From the NCBI RefSeq assembly GCF_056989575.1, contig NZ_CM168018.1: a stretch of 40,000 bases of DNA, one strand, 5' to 3'. The position numbers and the translations under genes were made by a program. Positions 1 to 9,891 of the stretch are shown piece after piece. Every line of letters starts with the position of its first letter. Within the stretch, counting starts at the first letter, position 1. A model generated the notes under the pieces. That model was not told the DNA's origin, did no database searches, and saw only the letters and a list, made by a program, of their open reading frames with translations.

Positions 1-1019
1 GGCGCTTTGCCAAACAGCCCTTCGTAGGCATTCACCAGTGCTTTAACGGTGAAGTGATCTTCTTCCACTTTCCAGGTCGGGAAGTAGCATTCGGTTGGGT
101 AAACCAGGCCAGTCCAGGACGGACGGTCGTAGTTGTACATAGAAACAACCGCGTTAGCTTTCTGTACTGCAGGCAGGGCGCGGATTTCGTCCAGCGCGCC
201 TTCCCAGGTTTCGCCCCAGGTCAGACGGCGGTCAATAGAGACGGCGCAGCTATCTGCTACAGCGCAACGGCTTGGGGATGTGAAGAAGATTTCAGAAACG
301 GTGAGGGTGCCTTTGCCGAGGAATTCGTCATAACCCAGACGTTGGGAGAGTTCTTGTAATTCGCCAAGAATCGGACCCATTTTGAAAATGGCGTTGTCAC
401 CGCGTTCTGGCGCAGAACCGTGGCAGCTAACACCCTGAACATCAATACGAATTTCCATACGACCGCGCTGACCACGGTATATCTGGCAGTCGGTTGGTTC
501 GGTACTGACCACAAATTCCGGGCGAATGCCGGATTGTTCAATAATGTACTGCCAGCACAGACCGTCGCAGTCTTCTTCCTGCACAGTACCGGTAACCAGC
601 AGGGTATATTCATCTTCCAGACCGAGGTCTTTAATGATTTTACCGGCATAAACCATAGATGCCATGCCGCCTTCTTGGTCGGAAGTACCGCGACCACCGA
701 TTAGCTCATCAGTTTCCATGCCTTCGTACGGATCGAAGTCCCAGTTTTTGATGTTGCCAATGCCGACGGTATCGATATGAGCGTCCATTGCCACCAGACG
801 CGGGCCGTGGCCGATATAACCGAGAACGTTGCCCATCGGGTCGATTTCAACTTTATCGAAGCCGACTTTTTCCATCTCTTCTTTAATACGATGTACTACG
901 CGTTTTTCGTCGCAGCTTTCACTGGGAATAGCAACCATGTCGCGCAGGAAGCGAGTCATGTCCGCCTGGTAATCTTTTGCTTTTTCAAGAATCAGTTTGA
1001 ATGGAATATTCTTAGCCAT
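1..1019 (-). CDS. ygeY: YgeY, M20-family peptidase/hydrolase (selenium-metabolism-linked family). 5' part only; the stop lies left of the window.
   Basis: Minus-strand ATG at 1019-1017, preceded by GGAGAAAAATA. My translation begins [36 protein letters not shown] checked that the same frame is still open at the window edge (..[19 protein letters not shown]). It is absent from the ORF track because its stop is outside the window. Confidence 0.85.
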   Translation of the reverse strand, partial: MAKNIPFKLILEKAKDYQADMTRFLRDMVAIPSESCDEKRVVHRIKEEMEKVGFDKVEIDPMGNVLGYIGHGPRLVAMDAHIDTVGIGNIKNWDFDPYEGMETDELIGGRGTSDQEGGMASMVYAGKIIKDLGLEDEYTLLVTGTVQEEDCDGLCWQYIIEQSGIRPEFVVSTEPTDCQIYRGQRGRMEIRIDVQGVSCHGSAPERGDNAIFKMGPILGELQELSQRLGYDEFLGKGTLTVSEIFFTSPSRCAVADSCAVSIDRRLTWGETWEGALDEIRALPAVQKANAVVSMYNYDRPSWTGLVYPTECYFPTWKVEEDHFTVKALVNAYEGLFGKA

Positions 1020-1076
1020 TATTTTTCTCCAGATTTTTTACTCCCCGTTTTGCAGGGAGTAGTTCCAATAGGGTGA

Positions 1077-2273
1077 TTAAGGTGCTACAGCGTGTTTGCC
1101 TTCCCAGACAACTTCGCGGTAGTGCTTCACGTCGGTGTCGCCTTCAGTGCTGATAACCAGCACCACGGCATCTTTGTTCAGCGCCAGTTTTTCCATCAGG
1201 CTTTGACGTTGCGGGTGATAATGAACCGCCGCGAGAACGCCCAAACCGACAGCGCCGGATTCACCGGAGATGATGCGCGGGTCGTTGCCGTACGGATTAC
1301 CCAGCACGCGCATACCTAATGCGGCAACGCTGTCCTGGCAGGAGATGAATTGGGTGGCGCAGTTACGTAGGATTTCCCAGCCCAGCGGGTTAGGTTCGCC
1401 ACAGGCCAGGCCCGCCATGATGGTGGCCATATCACCGCCAACGTTGACGATGTCGCCTTTGACGCCGGAGCGATAAATACAGTCAGCTTTGTCAGGTTCA
1501 ACAATAATGCTGTGCAGATTTTGCGGGCTATAGACGTCGACCAGATAACCCAGCACACCACCGGCCATTGCTCCGACACCGGCTTGCAGCAGAACGTGCG
1601 TCGGGGTTACGCCCATTTCACGCATTTGCTCGACGGCTTCATCTGCCAGGGTTGCGTAGCCTTGCATGATCCAGGTTGGGATTTTGGTGTAACCTTCCCA
1701 TGCCGTGTCCTGTACCACTTCCCAGCCGTGCTGCTGCGCGTGTTGCATGGTCAGGCGAACGGTATCGTCATAGTTCATATCCGTGACGATGCACTCGGCA
1801 CCGAGGTTCAGAATGGCGTCAACGCGTTCCTGAGCAGAACCTTTCGGCATGTAAATCACCGCATTCTGTCCGAGTTGCTGCGCTGCCCACGCCACACCGC
1901 GCCCGTGGTTGCCGTCGGTGGTGGTCGCGAAAGTCATTTTTTCGCCGATGGCATTTTTCAGGTGCTCAAATGACAGCGTTTCGATATCAAGATGATATTT
2001 TTCACACAATAATTGAGCGATGGCGTACGCACCGCCGAGCATTTTGAAGGCGTTCAGACCGAATCGTTTTGATTCGTCTTTGACAAGAATTTTCTTCACA
2101 CCAAAAAGGTTTGCGAGATCGTCCAGCGCACAAAGCGGTGTTGGGCGATAACCAGCTATTTTCTGGTGGAACTGGCGCGCCAGTTTGGCCTGGCTTTGCG
2201 AAAAGAGCGGTGATGTTTCGCCGTTGAAAAATTTGTTATCGGCGATATCAATCTTCAATGAGAAAACGGACAT
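1077..2273 (-). CDS. ygeX: Diaminopropionate ammonia-lyase (PLP-dependent), 398 aa
   Basis: Full ORF. I recognise the protein as YgeX/DpaL (MSVFSLKIDIADNKFFNGETSPLF...). It sits between ygeW and ygeY as in K-12. Confidence 0.93.
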   Translation of the reverse strand: MSVFSLKIDIADNKFFNGETSPLFSQSQAKLARQFHQKIAGYRPTPLCALDDLANLFGVKKILVKDESKRFGLNAFKMLGGAYAIAQLLCEKYHLDIETLSFEHLKNAIGEKMTFATTTDGNHGRGVAWAAQQLGQNAVIYMPKGSAQERVDAILNLGAECIVTDMNYDDTVRLTMQHAQQHGWEVVQDTAWEGYTKIPTWIMQGYATLADEAVEQMREMGVTPTHVLLQAGVGAMAGGVLGYLVDVYSPQNLHSIIVEPDKADCIYRSGVKGDIVNVGGDMATIMAGLACGEPNPLGWEILRNCATQFISCQDSVAALGMRVLGNPYGNDPRIISGESGAVGLGVLAAVHYHPQRQSLMEKLALNKDAVVLVISTEGDTDVKHYREVVWEGKHAVAP

Positions 2274-2302
2274 ATCCTATCCTTTTGGCCTCTGGAAATA
2301 GA

Positions 2303-2324
2303 GGGCCGACCAGCTGATCGGCCC
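2303..2324 (-). other. GC-rich intercistronic stem-loop between ygeW and ygeX
   Basis: GGGCCGA-N8-TCGGCCC, a perfect 7-bp stem, in the 57-nt gap. The minus-strand downstream tract is only weakly U-rich, so it is more likely an mRNA-processing or stability element than a strong terminator. Confidence 0.3.
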
Positions 2325-2330
2325 GAGGGG

Positions 2331-3521
2331 TTATTTCACGCGTTCTTGCGCTTCTTTCAGCAGTTGCTCGAGCAGTGCACCTGGTTTGGCGTATTTACGG
2401 GACAGGATCATCGCGGCGATGATATAAGGCTTCCAGCTGGCTTCTTTGTAGGTTGCGATACGGTATTTTTCGAATACGCCTTCAGTCACTTCACCTTCTT
2501 TACAGGATACGCCGCTGATATCAGCTGGCAGGCAGTGCATGTACAGGGCTTCGCCATCACGGGTCAGTTCCATCATCTCTTCAGTACAATGCCAGTCTTT
2601 GTGTTGCGCGTTCTGTGCCAGACACTGTTTTTCCAGTGCTTTTAAGCCTTCGTGATCGTTAGCGCGCAGCAATTCGGTACGCTGTTCCATCACTTTGTAA
2701 GGTGCCCATGACTTCGGATAAACGATGTCTGCATCTTTGAACGCTTCTTCCATGCTGGTGACCTGACGGAAGCTACCGCCAGATGCTTTAGCATTGTTTT
2801 TCGCCACTTCAACCACATCCGGGATCAGGTCGTAGCCTTCCGGATGGGCCAGGGTGACATCCATACCGAAGCGAGTCATCAGACCGATGATGCCTTGTGG
2901 TACAGAGAGCGGTTTGCCATAGCTTGGAGAGTAGGCCCAGGTCATGGCGATTTTTTTACCTTTCAGGTTTTCCAGTGAACCAAAGTGTTCACGTAACCAC
3001 GCGAGGTCAGCCATTGACTGAGTCGGGTGGTCAATATCGCATTGCAGGTTCACTAAAGCCGGACGCTGTGGCAGTACACCCTGCTTGTAACCGTCATCAA
3101 GTGCAGCGCCAACTTCACGCATATAGGCGTTGCCTGCGCCCAGATACATATCGTCGCGAATACCAATAGCGTCGGCGCAGAAGGAGATCATATTGGCGGT
3201 TTCACGCACGGTTTCGCCGTGAGCGATTTGTGATTTGCCTTCGTCGAGATCTTGTTGTGCAAGGCCGAGCAGGTTAAGCGCGGAAGCATAAGAGAAGCGG
3301 GTACGGGTGGAGTTGTCGCGGAATACGGAAATACCTAATCCACTATTAAAGACTTTGGTTGAGATGTTTTCAGCACGCAGTGCTTTTAATGCTGCGGCAA
3401 CGTCCAGTACTTGTTTCAGTTCATCTGGCGTCTGTTCCCACGTTAACAAAAAATCTTTCTCGTGAAGGTGAGAGGTCAGCGAATTGATATCCTTAATCAG
3501 CTCATTAACAGTTTTCATCAT
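2331..3521 (-). CDS. ygeW: YgeW, knotted carbamoyltransferase family, 396 aa
   Basis: Full ORF (MMKTVNELIKDINSL...). Carbamoyltransferase-like motifs are present (STRTR, HPTQ) and the K-12 synteny is kept. Confidence 0.93.
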   Translation of the reverse strand: MMKTVNELIKDINSLTSHLHEKDFLLTWEQTPDELKQVLDVAAALKALRAENISTKVFNSGLGISVFRDNSTRTRFSYASALNLLGLAQQDLDEGKSQIAHGETVRETANMISFCADAIGIRDDMYLGAGNAYMREVGAALDDGYKQGVLPQRPALVNLQCDIDHPTQSMADLAWLREHFGSLENLKGKKIAMTWAYSPSYGKPLSVPQGIIGLMTRFGMDVTLAHPEGYDLIPDVVEVAKNNAKASGGSFRQVTSMEEAFKDADIVYPKSWAPYKVMEQRTELLRANDHEGLKALEKQCLAQNAQHKDWHCTEEMMELTRDGEALYMHCLPADISGVSCKEGEVTEGVFEKYRIATYKEASWKPYIIAAMILSRKYAKPGALLEQLLKEAQERVK

Positions 3522-3611
3522 AAAGTCCCGGTAGTGGAATGACAGGCAAAGTGGTTTATTTCACTGTGACTTGCCAAAGTGATTGGTGTTTTCACAGCTA
3601 TACCTGGGACT

Positions 3612-3627
3612 AACAATAAGTGTGCCA
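3612..3627 (-). promoter_or_regulatory. Candidate sigma54 (-24/-12) promoter for ygeW-ygeX-ygeY
   Basis: The minus strand reads TGGCACACTTATTGTT. The -24 element (TGGCAC) and the spacing are perfect, but the -12 element is TTGT rather than TTGC. It lies about 90 nt upstream of the ygeW ATG, and a sigma54 activator gene (ygeV) is divergent from it. Confidence 0.3.
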
Positions 3628-3996
3628 GAATTATCCACGGGGCTGCAAAAGACTAATTTGACGGATAATGTGTGGGGTTGATCACAAATTGATGCCAGCT
3701 TCCGGTTGTTTGTAAAATACGAAAACGTTTGGCTTTTTTTATCGCGTTATTTATTTGCTGCTAAGTATCAGAAATAAGATAAAGGGACAGGCTATCTCTC
3801 TTCAGTTTGATAAACTCACCGCCGTAATTCTCATATTGATATAGAAATGTGATATCTCTTCCATAATTTCATTAGAAAATGATAAAAATCTTATGTTTTT
3901 ATCAAAGCCAATTTCGCCTGAGTTAATATCATCATGATCTGTGAACCATCAACGTCTTCAATGATCGACTTTTAAGTAAGTCTGGAAGGTAAAGCT

Positions 3997-5775
3997 ATGG
4001 AGCTTGCTACTACGCAGTCAGTATTGATGCAAATTCAACCGACAATTCAGCGTTTTGCCAGAATGCTTGCCAGCGTTTTGCAGCTTGAGGTTGAGATCGT
4101 TGATGAAAACTTGTGTCGCGTCGCCGGAACGGGCGCGTATGGGAAGTTTCTTGGTCGCCAGTTGAGCGGCAACTCACGCCTGCTCCGCCACGTCCTGGAA
4201 ACGAAAACTGAAAAAGTTGTGACACAGTCTCGCTTCGATCCCCTTTGCGAAGGTTGCGATAGTAAAGAAAATTGCCGCGAAAAAGCATTTCTGGGTACGC
4301 CTGTCATTTTACAGGATCGTTGTGTTGGGGTGATAAGTTTGATTGCCGTTACCCACGAGCAACAAGAGCATATCAGTGATAATTTACGCGAATTTTCTGA
4401 TTATGTTCGCCATATATCCACCATTTTTGTTTCGAAACTTCTGGAGGATCAGGGGCCAGGAGATAACATCAGTAAAATATTCGCGACCATGATCGATAAT
4501 ATGGATCAGGGCGTATTAGTTGTTGATGATGAAAGTCGGGTTCAGTTTGTTAATCAGACTGCCTTAAAAACACTTGGTGTTGTACAAAATAATATTATTG
4601 GGAAACCTATCCGTTTCAGACCATTAACATTTGAGAGTAATTTTACTCATGGACATATGCAGCATATTGTTTCGTGGGACGATAAAAGTGAATTAATCAT
4701 TGGTCAATTGCATAACATTCAGGGCCGACAATTATTTTTAATGGCATTTCACCAATCGCATACCAGTTTTTCTGTAGCAAATGCACCTGATGAACCACAT
4801 ATTGAACAATTGGTTGGCGAGTGCCGTGTTATGCGGCAATTAAAACGACTCATTAGCCGTATTGCACCCAGCCCATCCAGCGTTATGGTGGTTGGTGAAA
4901 GCGGCACGGGTAAAGAAGTCGTCGCCCGAGCAATCCATAAGTTGAGCGGAAGACGGAATAAACCCTTTATTGCTATCAACTGTGCCGCGATTCCGGAGCA
5001 GCTTCTGGAAAGCGAACTGTTCGGTTATGTTAAAGGCGCATTTACTGGCGCTTCTGCCAACGGTAAAACAGGGTTGATTCAGGCGGCGAATACGGGCACG
5101 CTGTTTCTCGATGAAATAGGTGATATGCCATTAATGTTGCAGGCTAAATTACTGCGCGCTATTGAGGCGCGTGAAATTCTGCCGATTGGTGCCAGTAGCC
5201 CAATACAAGTCGACATTCGCATCATTTCTGCAACTAATCAGAATTTGGCCCAGTTCATTGCCGAAGGTAAATTCCGCGAAGATCTCTTCTACCGACTTAA
5301 TGTTATCCCGATAACTCTGCCACCGCTGCGTGAACGTCAGGAAGATATTGAACTATTGGTGCATTACTTTTTACATCTGCATACCCGTCGTCTGGGATCG
5401 GTTTATCCTGGCATTGCTCCCGATGTCGTCGAAATATTGCGTAAGCATCGTTGGCCCGGAAACCTGCGCGAGTTAAGCAATTTGATGGAATATCTGGTTA
5501 ACGTAGTTCCTTCAGGTGAAGTTATCGACAGCACGCTATTGCCGCCAAATCTGCTGAATAATGGCACAACGGAGCAAAGTGATGTAACAGAGGTCAGTGA
5601 GGCGCACCTGTCACTCGATGATGCGGGCGGCACGGCGCTGGAGGAGATGGAAAAGCAAATGATCCGCGAGGCGCTTTCACGTCATAACAGCAAGAAGCAA
5701 GTTGCTGATGAACTGGGCATCGGCATTGCTACGCTCTATCGCAAGATTAAGAAATATGAGTTGTTAAACACATAA
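3997..5775 (+). CDS. ygeV: Sigma54-dependent transcriptional activator (bacterial enhancer-binding protein), 592 aa
   Basis: Contains Walker A GESGTGKE, the GAFTGA sigma54-contact motif (VKGAFTGA) and a C-terminal Fis-type HTH (IATLYRKIKKY). GGAAGG Shine-Dalgarno before the ATG. Confidence 0.95.
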   Translation: MELATTQSVLMQIQPTIQRFARMLASVLQLEVEIVDENLCRVAGTGAYGKFLGRQLSGNSRLLRHVLETKTEKVVTQSRFDPLCEGCDSKENCREKAFLGTPVILQDRCVGVISLIAVTHEQQEHISDNLREFSDYVRHISTIFVSKLLEDQGPGDNISKIFATMIDNMDQGVLVVDDESRVQFVNQTALKTLGVVQNNIIGKPIRFRPLTFESNFTHGHMQHIVSWDDKSELIIGQLHNIQGRQLFLMAFHQSHTSFSVANAPDEPHIEQLVGECRVMRQLKRLISRIAPSPSSVMVVGESGTGKEVVARAIHKLSGRRNKPFIAINCAAIPEQLLESELFGYVKGAFTGASANGKTGLIQAANTGTLFLDEIGDMPLMLQAKLLRAIEAREILPIGASSPIQVDIRIISATNQNLAQFIAEGKFREDLFYRLNVIPITLPPLRERQEDIELLVHYFLHLHTRRLGSVYPGIAPDVVEILRKHRWPGNLRELSNLMEYLVNVVPSGEVIDSTLLPPNLLNNGTTEQSDVTEVSEAHLSLDDAGGTALEEMEKQMIREALSRHNSKKQVADELGIGIATLYRKIKKYELLNT

Positions 5776-5784
5776 CCTCAGTGA

Positions 5785-5808
5785 ATCCGGCCTGAATTCA
5801 GGCCGGAT
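5785..5808. terminator. Bidirectional hairpin between convergent ygeV and xdhC
   Basis: Perfect 24-nt palindrome ATCCGGCCTGAATTCAGGCCGGAT with T/A-rich flanks. Confidence 0.6.
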
Positions 5809-5814
5809 ATCCTT

Positions 5815-6294
5815 TTACTTCGTTTTCTCGCAATCCTGAACTGTATTTACAATCATCTGATACCCCGTGCAGCGACAAAGATTTCCCGCCAGTCCGCGAC
5901 GAATTTCCGTAATGGTTAATGGCTTCTCGCGTGGTTTCGCCAGCATTGCCGTGGTAGCCATAATCAGGCCAGGCGTACAAAACCCGCACTGCACTGCGCC
6001 GGATTTCGCATAAGCCTGCTGAACATGAGAAAGTTTTCCGCCTTTCGCTTCACCTTCCAGCGTGCGGATCTCTTTTCCTTCAGCCCAGGCGGCAAGGTAT
6101 AAGCAACTGTCTATTGCTGTGCCGTCGACCAACACCGTACAGGCACCACATTCACCCACGCAGCACCCTTGTTTGACACTTAGCAGTCCTTGTTCGCGGA
6201 GTAATTCCGAGAGCGGCGTGCCTGGTGCGGCGTGAAGCTGAAAAGGCATCCCGTTAATGGTGCATTCGATGGTAATTGTTTCGCTGTGATTCAT
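5815..6294 (-). CDS. xdhC: Xanthine dehydrogenase [2Fe-2S] subunit, 159 aa
   Basis: Two ferredoxin-type Cys clusters ([11 protein letters not shown]; CGFCTPG...CRCTGY). The start overlaps the xdhB stop (ATGA). Confidence 0.95.
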   Translation of the reverse strand: MNHSETITIECTINGMPFQLHAAPGTPLSELLREQGLLSVKQGCCVGECGACTVLVDGTAIDSCLYLAAWAEGKEIRTLEGEAKGGKLSHVQQAYAKSGAVQCGFCTPGLIMATTAMLAKPREKPLTITEIRRGLAGNLCRCTGYQMIVNTVQDCEKTK

Positions 6295-7169
6295 TGCAAT
6301 TTTCCCCCCGCCGCGGCGACGGCTTCGCTAATCACTTTTTTGGTCATCGTCTGGATGAGATGCAGACGAAACTCTTTACTGGCCCGCCATGAAGAACGCG
6401 GGGCGACATCTTGCAGGACAGATTCGCTGATAGCTTCCAGCGTTTGCAGGTTTAATGGCGCATTTTGTGCAGTCTGTTCGGCATGTTGGCAGCGAATCGG
6501 CGTTGGCGCGGCAACACCAAATGCCAGGCGTAATTCGCTGAAATTGCCGTTATCCAGTCGGCAATGTGCGGCGCAGCCAATCGTTGAAATATCCATCGCG
6601 TCGCGCATGGCATATTTAAAATGCGCGCTGCCCGCGTGTTCTTTCGGCTGTGGCGGAAAATGAAAGGCGACGAGGATTTCGTCATGCTCAAGAGACACTT
6701 TGCCCGGCCCGGTGTGAAAGCCATTAATCGGGACGAAACGAACACCGCGCGGGGAGTGGATCTCCAGTTTCGCGTCATAAATTAGCGTTGGCGTGGCAGA
6801 ATCTGCGCTGGTGGCACCGTTGCAAATATTTCCACCGTAGGTAGCGACGTTACGGATCTGCGGTCCAGCAATGGACGTGGCCGCAGCACATAACGCCGGG
6901 AGATGACGTTGAGTTATAGGATCTTCTATTAGCTGGGTAAATGTCGTTGCAGAGCCGATACGTAGCGAGCCATCTTCCGCCAGCGTAATTCCCCGCAGCT
7001 CCGCCAGATTATGAATATCAACAATATGGCGATAACGGTCATTGTGATGGTGGAGCTGAATCAGTACGTCAGTGCCACCGGCGAGCAGTTTGGCCTGCGG
7101 GTTGTCAGCCAGCAGGTTGATGGCATCGGCAAGGGTTGCTGCGCGATGGTAAGAAGCAAAATCAAACAT
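6291..7169 (-). CDS. xdhB: Xanthine dehydrogenase FAD-binding subunit, 292 aa
   Basis: CO-dehydrogenase flavoprotein-like sequence ([12 protein letters not shown]) in its operon position. Confidence 0.95.
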   Translation of the reverse strand: MFDFASYHRAATLADAINLLADNPQAKLLAGGTDVLIQLHHHNDRYRHIVDIHNLAELRGITLAEDGSLRIGSATTFTQLIEDPITQRHLPALCAAATSIAGPQIRNVATYGGNICNGATSADSATPTLIYDAKLEIHSPRGVRFVPINGFHTGPGKVSLEHDEILVAFHFPPQPKEHAGSAHFKYAMRDAMDISTIGCAAHCRLDNGNFSELRLAFGVAAPTPIRCQHAEQTAQNAPLNLQTLEAISESVLQDVAPRSSWRASKEFRLHLIQTMTKKVISEAVAAAGGKLQ

Positions 7170-7179
7170 GATGTTATCC

Positions 7180-9477
7180 TCAAATCAATCCTGCCAGATG
7201 GAACTCTTCATATAACCGTTTTGGCGTCAGCGGCAGTGTATTGATTGCAACACCGGTAGCCATCTTCACCGCGTTACGAATAGCAGCGGCAACAGGAATT
7301 ATTGGTGGCTCACCCAGTGACTTATGTCCGTATGCGGATTGCGGCTCATTGATTTCGACGAACGCGCTTTCCAGTTGTGGCAGATCCGGCATGGTCGGCA
7401 TTTTGTAATCCAGCAGATTGGGGTTACGGACCACGCCGCTTTTAGCATCGATGATCATCTCTTCAAATAGCGCCCAGCCAATGCCCATTCCCATTCCGCC
7501 GTGTACCTGACCTTCTGCCAGCAGTGGATTAAGAATATGCCCTGAATCATGAACGTTGAGGATGCGGTTGATGGTGACTTTGCACAGCGCAATATCGACC
7601 GTCAGATCAACAAAGGTACAGCCAAACGCCGGTGGGTTAGTGGTGGTTTTGATGGAGCTTTCAGCAGAGAGCTGCCCGCCGCGTTCAGGGTGGTAGAAAG
7701 CGTCCATCGCCAAATCTTTTAACGACATTAACGGCTCTTCCGGTCGTTCAACCAGCACGATATGGCCTTTTATCAGGGTCAGATTCATCGCTGACTGATG
7801 TAGCATGACTGCGGCGTGAGCGATGATTTTCTCTTTTAATAATAGTGCCGCACTGCGCAGCGCAGGCGCGGCAACATAGCTCTGGCGTGAGGCAAATGCG
7901 CCGGGATCGAACGGCGTAACGTCGGTATCTTGAGTTGAAATAACGCGAACGTCGCTGACCGGAACCCCCACGGTTTCTGCCACCATTTGCGAGAAGACGG
8001 TGTCGGCACCCTGACCGATTTCCGTCGCGCCGCTTTGCACGTTGATGGTTCCATCCTGATTCATCAGAAGGCGCGCGCCTGCTATTTCTACGCCGACAGG
8101 CCAGGTGTTAGAGGTGTAGCTAAAACAGGCGACGCCAACGCCGCGGCGCAAATTGCCTTGCTGGTTCTGGCATTCTGCACGGCGTTTTTCCCATTCAAAG
8201 ATTTTCCGGCCTTTTTCAAGACACTCCGGCAACCCTGCGCTGTAAATACGTTTGCCCGTGAGCGGATTAGCATCTCCTTCGCGGGCGGCGTTGCGTAAAC
8301 GAATTTCAACAGGATCAATACCTAACGCTGTCGCGGCGTCATCAAGCATAGACTCAACGGCAAATACGACTTGTGGCGCGCCATAACCACGCATCGCACC
8401 AGCCGAGGGGAGGTTGGTATAGCAGGTCTTTGAACTGTAAGCGTAGGCACAACGAGGATAAAGGTAAGCGACTTTATTCCCCCCCGCAGAAGCGATGGAG
8501 TGCCCGTGAGATGCATAAGCGCCGGTGTTAGACAGAACATCCAGACTATAACCTTTCAATGTTCCGTCGCGGTTCACGCCCATTTGCCCGTCAATGGTAA
8601 AAGCGTGGCGGGTACGGGTTGCGAGGAAACACTCTTCACGGCTAAGGGAAACTTTCACCGGAATGCCGCCAAGCTTGCTGGTCAGGAATGCCGCCATTGG
8701 CTCTTCCAGTACATCCTGTTTATTACCAAAACCGCCACCGACAAACGGTTTGATGACTCGTACGCATGACCAGGGAATATCCAGCGCCTGACCAACCACG
8801 CGGCGAACAATGTGCGGGATCTGGGTGCTGGAAACGATGGTAATTCGCGAGTCATCCTCCATCCACGCCAGCGATGTTACGCTTTCCATGTGACAATGTT
8901 GAATAACGGGGGTCTGATAGTGCCCCTGTACCTGGTAGTCGGCGGCATCGATTGTTTGTTGGACATTACCCGTCGACATCGTGCTTTGTTTCAGTAAATT
9001 GCCACCGTTATGGATTGGTGCAGCGTCTTCTGCCAGCGCCGCTTCTGGCGTGGTGATAACGGGTAATTCTTGCCACTCAATGCTGACCAATTGCGCCGCT
9101 TTTTCTGCCGTGAGTTCATCGCGGGCCACGACGATGGCAACGGCGTCACCATGATGACGAACATGGCGAGTTAGCAGTGCGCGATCGGCGGTATCGCGCT
9201 TGTTTTCGTCAAGTGTCCAGGCATGCCCAGCAGTAGCAAATGGAATATCAGGCACATCTTCCCAGGTAAAAATCGCCAGTACGCCCGGCAAACCTCTGGC
9301 TTGTTCATCATTAATACTTACGGCATAACCATGTGCGATAGGGCTACGTACATATTTCGCATAACACATGCCCGCCATAACATAATCGTCAGTATATCGT
9401 GCCCGCCCGGTGACCTTAGCAATGGCATCGACGCGCATGCATGATTCACCCGTAGCGGTTGCTTCCCGCGCTTCCAT
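7180..9477 (-). CDS. xdhA: Xanthine dehydrogenase molybdopterin-binding large subunit
   Basis: Large MoCo-hydroxylase subunit. The ATG at 9477 has a strong Shine-Dalgarno (GAGGGGA, 6-nt spacer) and gives 765 aa. As I recall, the 752-aa K-12 form starts at ATG 9438 (MRVDAIAKVTG...). Confidence 0.93.
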   Translation of the reverse strand: MEAREATATGESCMRVDAIAKVTGRARYTDDYVMAGMCYAKYVRSPIAHGYAVSINDEQARGLPGVLAIFTWEDVPDIPFATAGHAWTLDENKRDTADRALLTRHVRHHGDAVAIVVARDELTAEKAAQLVSIEWQELPVITTPEAALAEDAAPIHNGGNLLKQSTMSTGNVQQTIDAADYQVQGHYQTPVIQHCHMESVTSLAWMEDDSRITIVSSTQIPHIVRRVVGQALDIPWSCVRVIKPFVGGGFGNKQDVLEEPMAAFLTSKLGGIPVKVSLSREECFLATRTRHAFTIDGQMGVNRDGTLKGYSLDVLSNTGAYASHGHSIASAGGNKVAYLYPRCAYAYSSKTCYTNLPSAGAMRGYGAPQVVFAVESMLDDAATALGIDPVEIRLRNAAREGDANPLTGKRIYSAGLPECLEKGRKIFEWEKRRAECQNQQGNLRRGVGVACFSYTSNTWPVGVEIAGARLLMNQDGTINVQSGATEIGQGADTVFSQMVAETVGVPVSDVRVISTQDTDVTPFDPGAFASRQSYVAAPALRSAALLLKEKIIAHAAVMLHQSAMNLTLIKGHIVLVERPEEPLMSLKDLAMDAFYHPERGGQLSAESSIKTTTNPPAFGCTFVDLTVDIALCKVTINRILNVHDSGHILNPLLAEGQVHGGMGMGIGWALFEEMIIDAKSGVVRNPNLLDYKMPTMPDLPQLESAFVEINEPQSAYGHKSLGEPPIIPVAAAIRNAVKMATGVAINTLPLTPKRLYEEFHLAGLI

Positions 9478-9532
9478 AGAAATCCCCTCGATTTGAACAT
9501 TTGGTTCTTATGGCAAAGATTTAGTCTAAGCA

Positions 9533-9548
9533 GGCAAGATTTACGCCA
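9533..9548 (-). promoter_or_regulatory. Candidate sigma54 promoter for xdhABC
   Basis: The minus strand reads TGGCGTAAATCTTGCC. GG and GC sit at the canonical -24/-12 positions of TGGCACG-N4-TTGCW with exact spacing. It lies about 55 nt upstream of ATG 9477. Confidence 0.5.
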
Positions 9549-9891
9549 GAAACGACGATAAGCGTTAGGGGAGGTAGGAAGTGTGATGACGTTAAAAAAA
9601 CACAGATATGATACGAAACAGGACTCTGAATAGGGGCAGTGATACGTATCAATATGAGTGGCGATAAAATCAATGTGATAAATTGGGATTATTACGCATC
9701 AGGATGGGAAATAGGGTAAAAAGTCAGGAAGTTCGATACCTCTACAGCGAATATTTTGCTGATGATACTTCCCTTTGCCAAATGAAATTAACCTCTTTCT
9801 CTATTACCACGTTTTTCCAGAAGCAAGAGATTGGGTATCAAGAGGCTGGCTGCTATGATAAGGCGTCTTGTTTTTTAAGCGAGGAAAGATT

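Noticed and set aside
54-1076. Several plus-strand ORFs (54-359, 133-333, 420-704, 777-1076) and a minus-strand ORF (257-697)
   Set aside because: All lie inside or antisense to the ygeY coding frame. That frame gives a coherent M20-peptidase translation from ATG 1019 to the window edge. The others have no Shine-Dalgarno and no recognisable protein features.
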